From: a virus
Lineage: Duplodnaviria; Caudoviricetes
Length of the DNA stretch: 64,000 nt
Virus record (IMG/VR): IMGVR_UViG_3300020440_001565
Location: 9,619 to 73,618 of that record
Reading direction: 5' to 3' (one strand)
The notes under the pieces were generated by a model. The model was given only the letters and a program-made list of their open reading frames with translations. It searched no databases and had not been told where the DNA came from. The position numbers and the translations under genes were made by a program. Shown piece after piece: positions 1-9,154 of this stretch; positions within the stretch are counted from its first letter, which is position 1, and each line of letters opens with the position of its first letter.

Positions 1-303
1 ATTAAGTGTAACTACTGCTCTTAGGTATAAAAAATTTCCAGTGAATGTATAAGCATCAACGACCGTTTGTGCTGTATAATCAGCTTTATCACCGTCTTTA
101 AGTTGTAATTTAAACCAATCGTTGTCTGTAGGCTCTGTGGCTAAGGTTGCTTGAATCTCGACGCTACCTGTAAAATTGTTAGGATAGATAGCAAAAGTGT
201 GAACACCGTCTGTGAATCCATAGAAAGAATCTCCAGGAACCTTGTCACCAGTTACTGAAGTCGTTGCTGTAGATGATAATAAATTTACACTAGTTCTTGA
301 CAT
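1..303 (-). CDS. Probable virion/structural protein, 3'-truncated by the window edge (not in ORF track)
   Basis: Hand translation from ATG at 303 is open to base 1 (MSRTSVNLLSTATTSVTGDKVPGDSFYGFTDGVHTFAIYPNNFTGSVEIQATLATEPTDNDWF...). TATAAATA lies just upstream. Confidence 0.7.
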   Translation of the reverse strand, partial: MSRTSVNLLSSTATTSVTGDKVPGDSFYGFTDGVHTFAIYPNNFTGSVEIQATLATEPTDNDWFKLQLKDGDKADYTAQTVVDAYTFTGNFLYLRAVVTLN

Positions 304-308
304 ATATG

Positions 309-316
309 TATTTATA
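309..316 (-). promoter_or_regulatory. T4-type late promoter TATAAATA
   Basis: Exact TATAAATA 5 nt upstream of the ATG at 303. Confidence 0.7.
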
Positions 317-323
317 ATAATAG

Positions 324-2102
324 TTAATTAACATCTATCGATACTCCAGCGGATAGTGTAATACCATCGGACATTTTTAATATGTTTCCTGATGCATCAA
401 TTGTAATTGCATAATCTTTAGTTTCAGTTTCATAATCATTTGTAGCTGACAAATTAAAAGTATATGTTCCTGGTACTGTTGTTGTACCATCTAATACTGC
501 TGTTGATGTATCTAAACTTGTACCTGTTGGTATTGAACCAGATGCAACACTATAAGTTACTGTGTGTAGTTGTTCCGAAGCCGCATTTCTGAATTCAGCT
601 GATAGAGTGTAATTAACTGTATCTCCTTGTGAAATATTTGATCCGGCATTTATATCATGTGTGCCAGATGTTCCATTGCCTATATTCCATGTTGTTGTAT
701 AATCCTGCCATGGAGTATAAAGTTGTTTTTGATTATCAGCATCATTTGTAATTGGCATTGCTGTGGCAGACATATTTGTTAACCAGTTCTTTGCGTCAAC
801 CTGATTTGTGTTACCTCTTGCTTTATCCCAAGCGGTTATGTCTTTACTCATGTAACAAGCCAATGCACCTGTTACTTGCGGAGATGCCATTGATGTTCCT
901 GATAATTTATAAATGTAATAACTTGAATTTTGTGGATGTGCTAATGGTGTTATTGAATTTGCATTTGGATCTGTGTAAGCACCTTGTATATATTGTCCTC
1001 CTGCATATATTGTTGTACCTGCACCATAGTTTGAAAAACTAGCTTTTGCATTTGAGTTATCACAGGCCGCTACTGCAATATCAAATTGTAAACCTGCAAC
1101 ATTGTTAGTTGCATTTGATGGTGACTGACCTCTATGTAAAGGCATGAAGTATACCATTTCACCATATGGTCCATTAGGTCCTACTGCTGATGTTGTGTAT
1201 GTCATTGTTTCACCATTATAATAATAATTGTAACCTACATCATATAAACTCATTGCATTGTTAGGACTGTCAACTGCAAAACTATTATTACCTGCTGAAC
1301 ATACTACTACTGCACCTGCATTGGCTAAATCTACAATCATACCATCTACTGTAGTATTTCTTACAGGATGTTCTTCACCTGAGTTTGGATGGTTGTAAGG
1401 ATAGTCAAGTGTTGTGCCCCATGAGTTGTTTACAATAGTTGGATTAGGTTCTGTTTTGTTTAATACCCAATCTTTAATTAAAAAATAATCACTGATAGCA
1501 TAGGCATCAGTATAGCCTGCCCCAAGAGCTAATTTGAATGAATATATATTTCCTGCCAATGCCCAGCCATTGTATGAACCTGCGGCTATTGATGCAACGT
1601 GTGTTCCGTGTCCTGATTGGTCGCTGTAATGGTTAGGACCTTGTCCAGCTGTCCAATTAATCTGTTGTAGTCTTCCGCCAAATTCAGGATGGTTTGGTGT
1701 AATGCCTGAGTCAGCAATAACTATATCAACATTTGTAGCATCGTATAGATATGTGTAATTGTATGCTAGTGATGTATTTCTTTGTGTATGTCTAGCTAAT
1801 CCCCAGTTGGTGTGATTGGCGTTTGCTGAAGATGAAGTTGATGGTGTTAATGCTCTACTACCATCTTCTTTATATTTGATTGCTTTTAATAATCTATCTG
1901 AATTTATTGATTCTACTCTTGGATCATTTTTTATTGCTACTAATTCGTTGTCATCTTCAATCTCAACTTCAAATGCTCTTGATGATCCTAATTCTTTAGT
2001 GACTTCAATTTTACGTGATACAGGACCTTGTCCTTGTGTGTTTAAATCATTCTTAATTTTTTCTAAATCTTTGTCAGACTTTACGGTAATGGTAGCTTTC
2101 AT
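324..2102 (-). CDS. Subtilisin-like S8 serine protease with N-terminal prodomain and C-terminal putative Ig domain
   Basis: Catalytic motifs IADSGI (D), HGTHVASIAAG (H), GTSMASPQV (S); C-terminal GSIPTGTSLD...GTYTFNLSATN resembles a putative-Ig repeat. Confidence 0.9.
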   Translation of the reverse strand: MKATITVKSDKDLEKIKNDLNTQGQGPVSRKIEVTKELGSSRAFEVEIEDDNELVAIKNDPRVESINSDRLLKAIKYKEDGSRALTPSTSSSANANHTNWGLARHTQRNTSLAYNYTYLYDATNVDIVIADSGITPNHPEFGGRLQQINWTAGQGPNHYSDQSGHGTHVASIAAGSYNGWALAGNIYSFKLALGAGYTDAYAISDYFLIKDWVLNKTEPNPTIVNNSWGTTLDYPYNHPNSGEEHPVRNTTVDGMIVDLANAGAVVVCSAGNNSFAVDSPNNAMSLYDVGYNYYYNGETMTYTTSAVGPNGPYGEMVYFMPLHRGQSPSNATNNVAGLQFDIAVAACDNSNAKASFSNYGAGTTIYAGGQYIQGAYTDPNANSITPLAHPQNSSYYIYKLSGTSMASPQVTGALACYMSKDITAWDKARGNTNQVDAKNWLTNMSATAMPITNDADNQKQLYTPWQDYTTTWNIGNGTSGTHDINAGSNISQGDTVNYTLSAEFRNAASEQLHTVTYSVASGSIPTGTSLDTSTAVLDGTTTVPGTYTFNLSATNDYETETKDYAITIDASGNILKMSDGITLSAGVSIDVN

Positions 2103-2147
2103 GGTATAACCCTTTTATTTAAACTATTTATTATTTTTCCAAAAGCC

Positions 2148-2178
2148 AAAAAAAAAGGCGACCCGAAAGCCGCCTTTT
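2148..2178 (-). terminator. Intrinsic terminator
   Basis: GGCGGCT-TTCG-GGTCGCC hairpin followed by T9 on the minus strand. Confidence 0.9.
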
Positions 2179-2202
2179 AATTTTATGTGTGAACTACACG
2201 GA

Positions 2203-2562
2203 TTAGTAAGTGAAGTCAGCCACTGTCGCACCTGTTAAGTCGATGCTGTTTGGACCTACATCGTCACCTAAAGCTCTAAAAGCCGCTTGTAATGATGCCG
2301 CTGTCCAACCTGCCGCACCTGTTTCAAATGCTACTCTGATTGACTGATTGTCTGCTTGTAATGTACCCATTATTACTGGAGTACCTTTAGTTGCCATTTC
2401 TTCATACATTTTGTCGATTGCACCGTCAACACCAGTTTCTGCTGAAATGTTTACACCTGCATCGATATCAAAGTGTACCAAACCTGAGTTCGGTTCACCT
2501 ACTAGCATCTGTCTACCTAAAGTAGCAGAGCCATGTGTTCTACCTGGACCAAATCCTGCCAT
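2203..2562 (-). CDS. Hypothetical protein, likely late/structural
   Basis: 119 aa, Ala/Gly-rich, RBS AGGAG, upstream TATAAATA (2631-2638), own terminator. Confidence 0.7.
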   Translation of the reverse strand: MAGFGPGRTHGSATLGRQMLVGEPNSGLVHFDIDAGVNISAETGVDGAIDKMYEEMATKGTPVIMGTLQADNQSIRVAFETGAAGWTAASLQAAFRALGDDVGPNSIDLTGATVADFTY

Positions 2563-2630
2563 GATATATTCTCCTTTAACTATAGCGATGTTATATGATC
2601 ACTGCGATCATTTGTGTTCGCCTGTGCTAA

Positions 2631-2638
2631 TATTTATA
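2631..2638 (-). promoter_or_regulatory. T4-type late promoter TATAAATA
   Basis: Exact motif upstream of the 2203-2562 gene. Confidence 0.65.
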
Positions 2639-2645
2639 CTTTTAG

Positions 2646-3506
2646 TTATAAATTATATGGTAATATAACAGAAATAACAGGAATCTTCATCATTCTTTCA
2701 GTATTTTCTATTAAATCGCGGTATGGCATAGTAGTTAAATTTATTTTTTTCTTTAAAAAAGATTCAAAACCGTAACCTTCATGTGTGCTATATGGAGAAT
2801 TCAATAACAATGTCACTTGCGATTCTGTTTTTGTTAGTTGATATAATCTATCAAAAAAAGAATTCCAATGTGTAGGCATCCATACTTTTTCTTCTCCACC
2901 TTTGTTAAAGTATCTATGAAACTCACTTGAAATAAAAAATTTATTTGGTTTCATATGTGCATAAGGAAAATAAAATTTTTTATATCTAATGTCATTTGTT
3001 CTAGAACGATAAACACTCACCCCTATTGCATCAGACAATGCTTTTGACTCTTGTTCACGCTCATCTTCTACATTGCTTGGTAATCTGAATGTGGAACATT
3101 GTAAACCTAACTCTCTACATATTGCTTCAAGTATACCTGATGTTTCACCAAAATCTACTATGACATCTGTAGGAACAAGATCTGTTGATAAAAGATAGTA
3201 TATTGATTGTCTAAAAGACTTTTCGATATGTTCTTTTATAGTATCACTACCTTTGTTATAAACGTCAGCCAGTTTGATCATTACATTATCTTTTGCTCTA
3301 ATAATTTTGATAAAAGAAGAATAGTTTCCATTCCAGATTTCTGGCATAATAGTTTTTGTAGATCGTCTATAGTCAGCGACAGCCTTTTCAAATTTGAAAT
3401 GCATTTGAGAGTTGAAATCATTTTTCAAACCACCTATTTGACTAATTTCAATATCAAAATCTATTAATGAATCTAGTGTTTTTGTTATTTGTATATTGTC
3501 TGGCAT
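2646..3506 (-). CDS. Hypothetical protein
   Basis: 286 aa ORF with no recognised motif. Confidence 0.7.
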   Translation of the reverse strand: MPDNIQITKTLDSLIDFDIEISQIGGLKNDFNSQMHFKFEKAVADYRRSTKTIMPEIWNGNYSSFIKIIRAKDNVMIKLADVYNKGSDTIKEHIEKSFRQSIYYLLSTDLVPTDVIVDFGETSGILEAICRELGLQCSTFRLPSNVEDEREQESKALSDAIGVSVYRSRTNDIRYKKFYFPYAHMKPNKFFISSEFHRYFNKGGEEKVWMPTHWNSFFDRLYQLTKTESQVTLLLNSPYSTHEGYGFESFLKKKINLTTMPYRDLIENTERMMKIPVISVILPYNL

Positions 3507-3534
3507 AGTAATATTTAGTTATAATAAATATTAA

Positions 3535-3610
<76 letters not shown>

Positions 3611-3631
3611 ACATTCAGATGCTGAATGGTA

Positions 3632-4060
3632 CTAGTTTAGTCCTGCTGATTGTGATTCAGCAAATGTTTTTGAACCTGTTTGTTTCGGTGATCCTTTTTC
3701 ATAGAATATATCACAACCATTTTCGCCATCTTCTGAAACTTCAATCCTAACTGATCTATTTGGATATCTTGAATTAATTTGTGCATAGATATCATCTGAT
3801 ATCATTTCACAAGACTTATAGTCTAGTTCTAATGTGCCTTTATCATAAAGACTTTCTAACCATCTTTTAAATTGTATAAATTCAATGTCTCTGTCATTGT
3901 GAAACACTTCAATTGCTACTTTGAAATGAAAAATATGTCTGTGAATATAACCTAAGAAACTTACATCATCTTCGCCACCAGTTGCTAGTTTTGGATCATC
4001 TAGTGCCGCAGGGTATTTGTGCAAACCTTCTTTTCTATACGTTACCCAAATCATTCTCAT
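3632..4060 (-). CDS. QueD/PTPS-like T-fold protein
   Basis: HRHIFHFKV His motif, HNDRDIEF and SCEMISD segments resemble phage QueD-like proteins. Confidence 0.65.
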   Translation of the reverse strand: MRMIWVTYRKEGLHKYPAALDDPKLATGGEDDVSFLGYIHRHIFHFKVAIEVFHNDRDIEFIQFKRWLESLYDKGTLELDYKSCEMISDDIYAQINSRYPNRSVRIEVSEDGENGCDIFYEKGSPKQTGSKTFAESQSAGLN

Positions 4061-4185
4061 TATACAAACTCCTTAAAGAAAGCAATATAAACTAAAAGAC
4101 CAATGATTAACAATTTACCATAGTCTAAATCTGCGGCTGAACCTTCGCCATATTTTTCTTGGAATTTTTTTAATAAATTTTTCAT
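4060..4185 (-). CDS. Small membrane protein, 41 aa (below ORF cut-off)
   Basis: MKNLLKKFQEKYGEGSAADLDYGKLLIIGLLVYIAFFKEFV; TAATG coupling to the next gene. Confidence 0.55.
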   Translation of the reverse strand: MKNLLKKFQEKYGEGSAADLDYGKLLIIGLLVYIAFFKEFV

Positions 4186-4268
4186 TACATCAATGCTCCT
4201 ATTATTATTAATACAATCAATGATATTCCTACCAAATCATATATCCATTCTTTGTGATTCATATAGTT

Positions 4269-4297
4269 ATTATACAGTGATTTGTTTTCTTTGTCAA
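4269..4297 (-). promoter_or_regulatory. sigma70-type promoter
   Basis: TTGACA-N17-TATAAT with TG directly before the -10; perfect consensus. Confidence 0.85.
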
Positions 4298-4311
4298 TAT
4301 TACTTTTTTCC

Positions 4312-4719
4312 TTAAAATCCTATCCTAATTCCTATGTTATGATTATCCCTTACAACATCATAATTATAAACAATATTATACGTGTGCCAGACACTTCTGT
4401 ATTTCTGTGGCATCATCTTTGTTGCTTCATAATGAGCAAAGCCTCTGATAATAAAATACGTAATAACTTGTAATTCATTTGGATGTTTTCCTAGTATAGG
4501 ATTCTTTTCATAATAATCATCATTATTTGCTATTTCTAAAGTTTGCAACATATCTATTGTTTGTAACATATTAAAAGCAATTATACCTTTTTTATCTGTT
4601 TCTGTTAATGGTTCTTTGTAATACTTTGATAGTTCTATTGCGTTTGCATCTTTGTATGTTATAATTACTATCAAAAGAAACAGTACATATATTGCTAATA
4701 ATGTTCTTAACGGTTTCAT
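4312..4719 (-). CDS. Hypothetical membrane/secreted protein (start probably MKPLRT at 4719)
   Basis: Hydrophobic N-terminus; RBS AGGA before 4719. Confidence 0.65.
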   Translation of the reverse strand: MKPLRTLLAIYVLFLLIVIITYKDANAIELSKYYKEPLTETDKKGIIAFNMLQTIDMLQTLEIANNDDYYEKNPILGKHPNELQVITYFIIRGFAHYEATKMMPQKYRSVWHTYNIVYNYDVVRDNHNIGIRIGF

Positions 4720-4726
4720 ATTTTCC

Positions 4727-4933
4727 TTAACTGCCCCACCATCCAAAATCATCAAATGGTTCTTCATATTTTATTTTTTTATTAGTTTTAGTATTCCAGA
4801 TATAAAAATGTGGCCAAGCCTTTGGCCTTTCTTCTTTTAATTTCTTCATTGAAATTTGTGCATCTGATATTGTTTTGAATTTCCACATGAGTACCTCATT
4901 ATGTATTCTCGGTATATACCAAATTTCATACAT
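4727..4933 (-). CDS. Hypothetical protein
   Basis: 68 aa ORF in a tightly packed operon. Confidence 0.55.
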   Translation of the reverse strand: MYEIWYIPRIHNEVLMWKFKTISDAQISMKKLKEERPKAWPHFYIWNTKTNKKIKYEEPFDDFGWWGS

Positions 4934-5297
4934 TTACAACCTTGCTCACACGATCATAAACAAAAGAACGCCAATCATGTGCATTAAGATCCCATACCGT
5001 TATATTTTCTGGTTTGGTTTCTATATCTGTCTTAGGTTGATTCTCTTTAGGAATAACATCAAAACTTTTTGTACACGTCATTGCTCTTTCATCACCATTT
5101 AGTTTTTTGAAAGTTACAACATACACACCTTCACGTAACATTTCTAACAATGCTTCTTTTGTAGGTATGCCTTTCATACGTGCAATTTGTTCTTTAGGAC
5201 TACCAAAGTAACCCCATTGGTTGTGCCTTGGATCCTGTTGTTGCTTTTTTAATTCAGCATCATATTCTTCTTGTGTCATCTTTGTCATATTAATCAA
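4926..5297 (-). CDS. WYL_2/DUF2693-like SH3-fold protein of T4-like phages
   Basis: VVTFKKLNGDERAMTCT and VWDLNAHDWRSF pattern. Confidence 0.65.
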   Translation of the reverse strand: MINMTKMTQEEYDAELKKQQQDPRHNQWGYFGSPKEQIARMKGIPTKEALLEMLREGVYVVTFKKLNGDERAMTCTKSFDVIPKENQPKTDIETKPENITVWDLNAHDWRSFVYDRVSKVVNV

Positions 5298-5484
5298 AGT
5301 CCGATCGTACTATGTGTTTCCTTAATGCTCTTACAAGTTCTTCTATTTTATCAATTACTGAAATCAAACTCTTGTCTGTAATGTAAGATTGTCTTTCTCT
5401 TAACTTATCGTATTCTTTCAAAGTTATTGTTACCTTGCCGCCTTCGTTTTCATAACTTAGGTCTTCTGATCTATCGTCTGTCAT
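5290..5484 (-). CDS. Hypothetical protein
   Basis: 64 aa, coupled ORF. Confidence 0.55.
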   Translation of the reverse strand: MTDDRSEDLSYENEGGKVTITLKEYDKLRERQSYITDKSLISVIDKIEELVRALRKHIVRSDFD

Positions 5485-5846
5485 ATTTCTCCTATAAAGT
5501 AGTAGTTGATTAAACCCATTACAATTAGTGTTACTAGTACGCCATTGAGCATAATAAGAGCTCTGTCATGCCAAAGCATACCAACCCAAAACCAACCCAG
5601 AGTGCCAAACAACCCAAACCATAAATCAACTAGTGGTAGAACACCTGTTGATCTGGCTATTGTTGCACCAAGAATTAATATACTTGCTGTCCATTTGATG
5701 TACCAAGATAAATCACCTTTAGGTGTTACCTTTTTAAAAACTCTAGTTGAGTTTAATTCTTTAATCTTTTCGTCTAGCTTTTTTGTATAATTCGACATTT
5801 TCTTTTGTATCAAGTATGTTACCATAGTCCGGCCATCCATAGACAT
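5481..5846 (-). CDS. Small multi-pass membrane protein
   Basis: Three hydrophobic segments; true start may be MSNYTKK. Confidence 0.65.
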   Translation of the reverse strand: MSMDGRTMVTYLIQKKMSNYTKKLDEKIKELNSTRVFKKVTPKGDLSWYIKWTASILILGATIARSTGVLPLVDLWFGLFGTLGWFWVGMLWHDRALIMLNGVLVTLIVMGLINYYFIGEI

Positions 5847-5943
5847 CTGGACTTTCCCCTATATATCTCCAACGAATTACGCCTGTGTCTGGATTGCGTT
5901 CGTAAATTTTTGGTTTGTTATCTTTTTGATCTGATTTAATCAT
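5761..5943 (-). CDS. Hypothetical protein
   Basis: 60 aa, IYERNPDTG motif. Confidence 0.5.
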   Translation of the reverse strand: MIKSDQKDNKPKIYERNPDTGVIRWRYIGESPDVYGWPDYGNILDTKENVELYKKARRKD

Positions 5944-6128
5944 GACTGCCTTTTCTTGAGCTTTTCAACTTCGTCATTAAGCTCTTTAACTCTTTTGTAA
6001 AGAGAGTATTTCTCTTTTACTTCATCGGCTATTGTTTTTTTAAGAAGTTCTATTTCTTGCTTGAGGCTGTCAACTGTAGGTGTACTAGTTGTTGGCTGGC
6101 TCTGGCTGTTTGTCTGATACTGTTTCAT
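5940..6128 (-). CDS. Hypothetical coiled-coil protein
   Basis: 62 aa, heptad pattern. Confidence 0.55.
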   Translation of the reverse strand: MKQYQTNSQSQPTTSTPTVDSLKQEIELLKKTIADEVKEKYSLYKRVKELNDEVEKLKKRQS

Positions 6129-6330
6129 CTTGTTCCTTATCTGCGTCTAGCTTTACAAGTCTAAATGTTAATGCTTTCTTTTCGCCTTTTGATGTATGTA
6201 TTACAGGCTGTCCGTGGTTGTCAAGAGTTATTTTGGTAATGTTAGTTCTGACGTTTCTAAACTTGCCCACATCAATCTTATCACCAACTTTTAGTTCTAT
6301 TTTAAATGTTTTCTTCTCTGTCATTATCAA
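6085..6330 (-). CDS. Hypothetical protein
   Basis: 81 aa, coupled ORF. Confidence 0.55.
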   Translation of the reverse strand: MIMTEKKTFKIELKVGDKIDVGKFRNVRTNITKITLDNHGQPVIHTSKGEKKALTFRLVKLDADKEQDETVSDKQPEPANN

Positions 6331-6841
6331 TAGCCGTATCTTTTGTATACTCTTTCCAACCTGTGTAATTAGTATCTGTCATTATTTGACTTAATGGCAA
6401 ACACCAAACACCTGTATTTGTTTTATTAAAATCTTCATCATCTATTTTTATTATAGCACAATCTTTTAGTTTGTCAACATAAGGAATTGCTACTGCAAAA
6501 TTTATTTGGAATCTTGGATTTGAGAACAATGGTTCTAAACATTGTATTGGTGCATTGTGAGGAACATCAATAGTCACATTAAGATTTGCTTCTATTAGAG
6601 AATCAATAGTTGGCTTGACTAACATATAATCATGTGCTTCATATGTTTTCCAACTTTGATTAGCACCTAAATAGATGTGACCAATCTTATAGTCTTTAGC
6701 ATATTGTACTATAGATTTAACTTCTGGAGTATCTACTACAAACAAAGTCAACAGGCCGTGAAATTTTGTTTTCTCAACTTCAATACCTGTAAAAAATTTG
6801 ACTGCATCTGTTGATGCCTTGTTTGTGTAGTCTCTTATCAT
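6302..6841 (-). CDS. Phage hypothetical protein
   Basis: 179 aa; FTGIEVEKT...TLFVV...HIYLGANQS. Confidence 0.7.
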   Translation of the reverse strand: MIRDYTNKASTDAVKFFTGIEVEKTKFHGLLTLFVVDTPEVKSIVQYAKDYKIGHIYLGANQSWKTYEAHDYMLVKPTIDSLIEANLNVTIDVPHNAPIQCLEPLFSNPRFQINFAVAIPYVDKLKDCAIIKIDDEDFNKTNTGVWCLPLSQIMTDTNYTGWKEYTKDTAIDNDREENI

Positions 6842-7041
6842 TATTCTGCTATTTTCTTACAAGTAGTTTCATTTGCTTTCAGACCTGCTTCTTTATCAAA
6901 CAACCATACATAACTGTAGGCTATTTGTCCATCGTCTGTTTCAGCACACTTCTTACCAAATGACAGTTTCGGATTACTTGGTACTGCTGAACAACCGACA
7001 AGAAAAGCAAAAACAAATAAAAACGATATTATTTTAGTCAT
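6841..7041 (-). CDS. Small lipoprotein
   Basis: Lipobox FLVGC after a hydrophobic signal. Confidence 0.65.
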   Translation of the reverse strand: MTKIISFLFVFAFLVGCSAVPSNPKLSFGKKCAETDDGQIAYSYVWLFDKEAGLKANETTCKKIAE

Positions 7042-7243
7042 TTTGTTCTCCTATATGTTTTTCGATTTTTGTAACTTGTTCTTTAATATCTGGAACCCAA
7101 AGAATTCTGTCTGTAGGCATGAGAGAAATAAGTTTCCTGACGTCCTTTTTAAGTTCTCCATATTTGTACTTCCAACCACTGGCTTCATTTCTGTATTCAT
7201 TTGCCATATACTCGGCAGTATATCTTGCGGCATTATCACTCAT
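7034..7243 (-). CDS. Hypothetical protein
   Basis: 69 aa, coupled ORF. Confidence 0.55.
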   Translation of the reverse strand: MSDNAARYTAEYMANEYRNEASGWKYKYGELKKDVRKLISLMPTDRILWVPDIKEQVTKIEKHIGEQND

Positions 7244-7986
7244 TATTGAGATGTTCTTGCTGGCAATATATAATCATATTTGCCAAGTCCTGAATCAATT
7301 GATATCTGCATAGCACCTTGATCACTAAATGACATAAATGTTTGCGATGTATCACTTAATTTTAAAATACTTAATACTTGATTTAGTGGCCAAGCCCAAC
7401 CTTTTGTTAGTTGACCTGAAACATTTTGAGCAAAAGGAATTTCAACTCTATCATTGGATCCATCACCAATGTAAAACTTTAATGTTGTTCCATCTGTTTT
7501 TGCTACAAATGTTGATTCATGACCTACCATAATGCCTGCAAAGTAAGACAAGTCTTTTAGATTCTGTTGTGTAGGCTGTACTGTGACATCCCAATTAACA
7601 CCTTTAAACTTTACTGATTTAAGTTTTTCATCTAGTAATGAGCTTACCATAAATCTATAATTTGCTGAATAACCTAACGGAGATGCAAATTCAATTTCTT
7701 CTGGTGTGGAGTCTCCATTCCTTTGTGATCTTTTAACTTTGATTGTTGACTCACCATTTTTGTAAGGCTCAAAGTTTAAGTATCCGCTTAATACTCCAAG
7801 TCTGCTTAATCCAGCAACACCTTCTAACTCTGATACTGGCGTGTGTAGTTTTCCTTTAAGTACTACTGTCTTATCTTCATCCATTGCTTCTACACCAGTT
7901 TCTGTTGTACTACCTTCAACTTTTACTGTTTGAATAAAGCCAAGACTATGTGTATGTTTCACAATGTCTAATAGTATATCTCTCAT
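7243..7986 (-). CDS. DNA polymerase sliding clamp (gp45-like)
   Basis: 247 aa; clamp-like size and pattern, C-terminal GKYDYILPA; near PolB; clamp loader in window. Confidence 0.65.
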   Translation of the reverse strand: MRDILLDIVKHTHSLGFIQTVKVEGSTTETGVEAMDEDKTVVLKGKLHTPVSELEGVAGLSRLGVLSGYLNFEPYKNGESTIKVKRSQRNGDSTPEEIEFASPLGYSANYRFMVSSLLDEKLKSVKFKGVNWDVTVQPTQQNLKDLSYFAGIMVGHESTFVAKTDGTTLKFYIGDGSNDRVEIPFAQNVSGQLTKGWAWPLNQVLSILKLSDTSQTFMSFSDQGAMQISIDSGLGKYDYILPARTSQ

Positions 7987-8009
7987 GTTGTTCTCCTTAA
8001 TTATAGTTA

Positions 8010-8038
8010 ATAGTACAATAATTTATAGAAATTGTCAA
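8010..8038 (-). promoter_or_regulatory. sigma70-type promoter
   Basis: TTGACA-N17-TACTAT. Confidence 0.8.
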
Positions 8039-8213
8039 TATTTTATTGTTTGATTTATTGAACCAGTTTTCCAAATTCTATTGCCTTCTTTTTCTTCACT
8101 TTCAATTTGGATATAAAATCCCTCCTGTTGGAGATCATAATAAATTTGGTTCATCTGTTCCAAATGTTCTTTAAGTTTTTCAACCTTTTTTAATAAAATT
8201 GGATCTTTCATTA

Positions 8214-8735
8214 TTATCCTTCCCCTCTAGCCATTTCAATTGCTGATGTTGTGGTCTCCTCATTTCTTCTTGTCCAACCTCGACCAAAAGTTGCAAATGT
8301 AGATAAAGATTCATAGTATTCTTGACGTGCTTGTTGATAACTGTGAATAACTGCTTCAATATCATTTACATCAAGATAATCGTTTAGTTTGGCTAATGTG
8401 TTTGGTCCAATACCACCATCAACTACTGTGCCAATCATTGCTTGTAATTTCTTGGCCGCTCTGCCTGTTCCTGCATTTACTCCAAAGTCAAACAAACACA
8501 AATCTAAGCCAACTGGTAATTGATCACCTTTTACTCTATCCCAATAATTCTTTTTGTAAATTGGTGTTACATCTTCGACTGTTAATTCTTTCATACTTTT
8601 GGTTCCACCAAAATCTTCATATACTCTTTTGGTTACTCCCAAGTTAGTTTCTCCACCTGGATCTTGTGGGTGGTTTACATATCCACCTTCATGATGTAAA
8701 ATTAATTCTAAACACTTATCAAAATTTCCTTGCAT
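8214..8735 (-). CDS. Glycoside hydrolase family 108 endolysin with peptidoglycan-binding domain
   Basis: EGGYVNHPQDPGGETNLGVT motif; LQAMIGTVVDGGIGPNT; FGRGWTRR. Confidence 0.92.
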   Translation of the reverse strand: MQGNFDKCLELILHHEGGYVNHPQDPGGETNLGVTKRVYEDFGGTKSMKELTVEDVTPIYKKNYWDRVKGDQLPVGLDLCLFDFGVNAGTGRAAKKLQAMIGTVVDGGIGPNTLAKLNDYLDVNDIEAVIHSYQQARQEYYESLSTFATFGRGWTRRNEETTTSAIEMARGEG

Positions 8736-9055
8736 TATGCTCTCTCCCTTTCAAAATCTTTGTATAATGTATATTTGGCTGTAAGCTCTTCTCCGGCTTG
8801 TATTGGTTTTATTGTCTGCAAGTATTTAACCGGAAGTTGGTGCCAAAAGCCCGAAACATTTTTACAATTAGGATCGTCAGAGTGATTATAAAATGCTCCC
8901 AAGGCAGTTCTAATGCTACCGTGTGGAAAGTTTTTGTCTAATACATGAACGATACCTAATATTGTCCATGGATCAAAATCTTTTGTAGCAAATAAGCCTA
9001 AGCCTTGTACATTTGATTCTTTAATTGTTAATCCGTCTGGTAATGGTCTATACAT
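8735..9055 (-). CDS. Minimal SET-domain protein (putative protein-lysine methyltransferase)
   Basis: GLGLFAT, FYNHSDDPN, IQAGEELTAKY. Confidence 0.88.
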   Translation of the reverse strand: MYRPLPDGLTIKESNVQGLGLFATKDFDPWTILGIVHVLDKNFPHGSIRTALGAFYNHSDDPNCKNVSGFWHQLPVKYLQTIKPIQAGEELTAKYTLYKDFERERA

Positions 9056-9100
9056 AATAATAACTTAACATATTTGAAATAATAAAGCAACCTTTTTGTT

Positions 9101-9151
9101 AGGGCACCGTCCAGTCTCCCTTTGGTGCCCTTCCTGTATCCTAGCTAGGAT
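9101..9151. repeat. Inverted repeats downstream of PolB
   Basis: AGGGCACC...GGTGCCCT 8-bp stem (9101-9131) and 14-bp palindrome ATCCTAGCTAGGAT (9138-9151). Confidence 0.7.
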
Positions 9152-9154
9152 TCG

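Noticed and set aside
8180-8365. 61-aa minus-strand ORF
   Set aside because: Out-of-frame overlap with the endolysin 3' end
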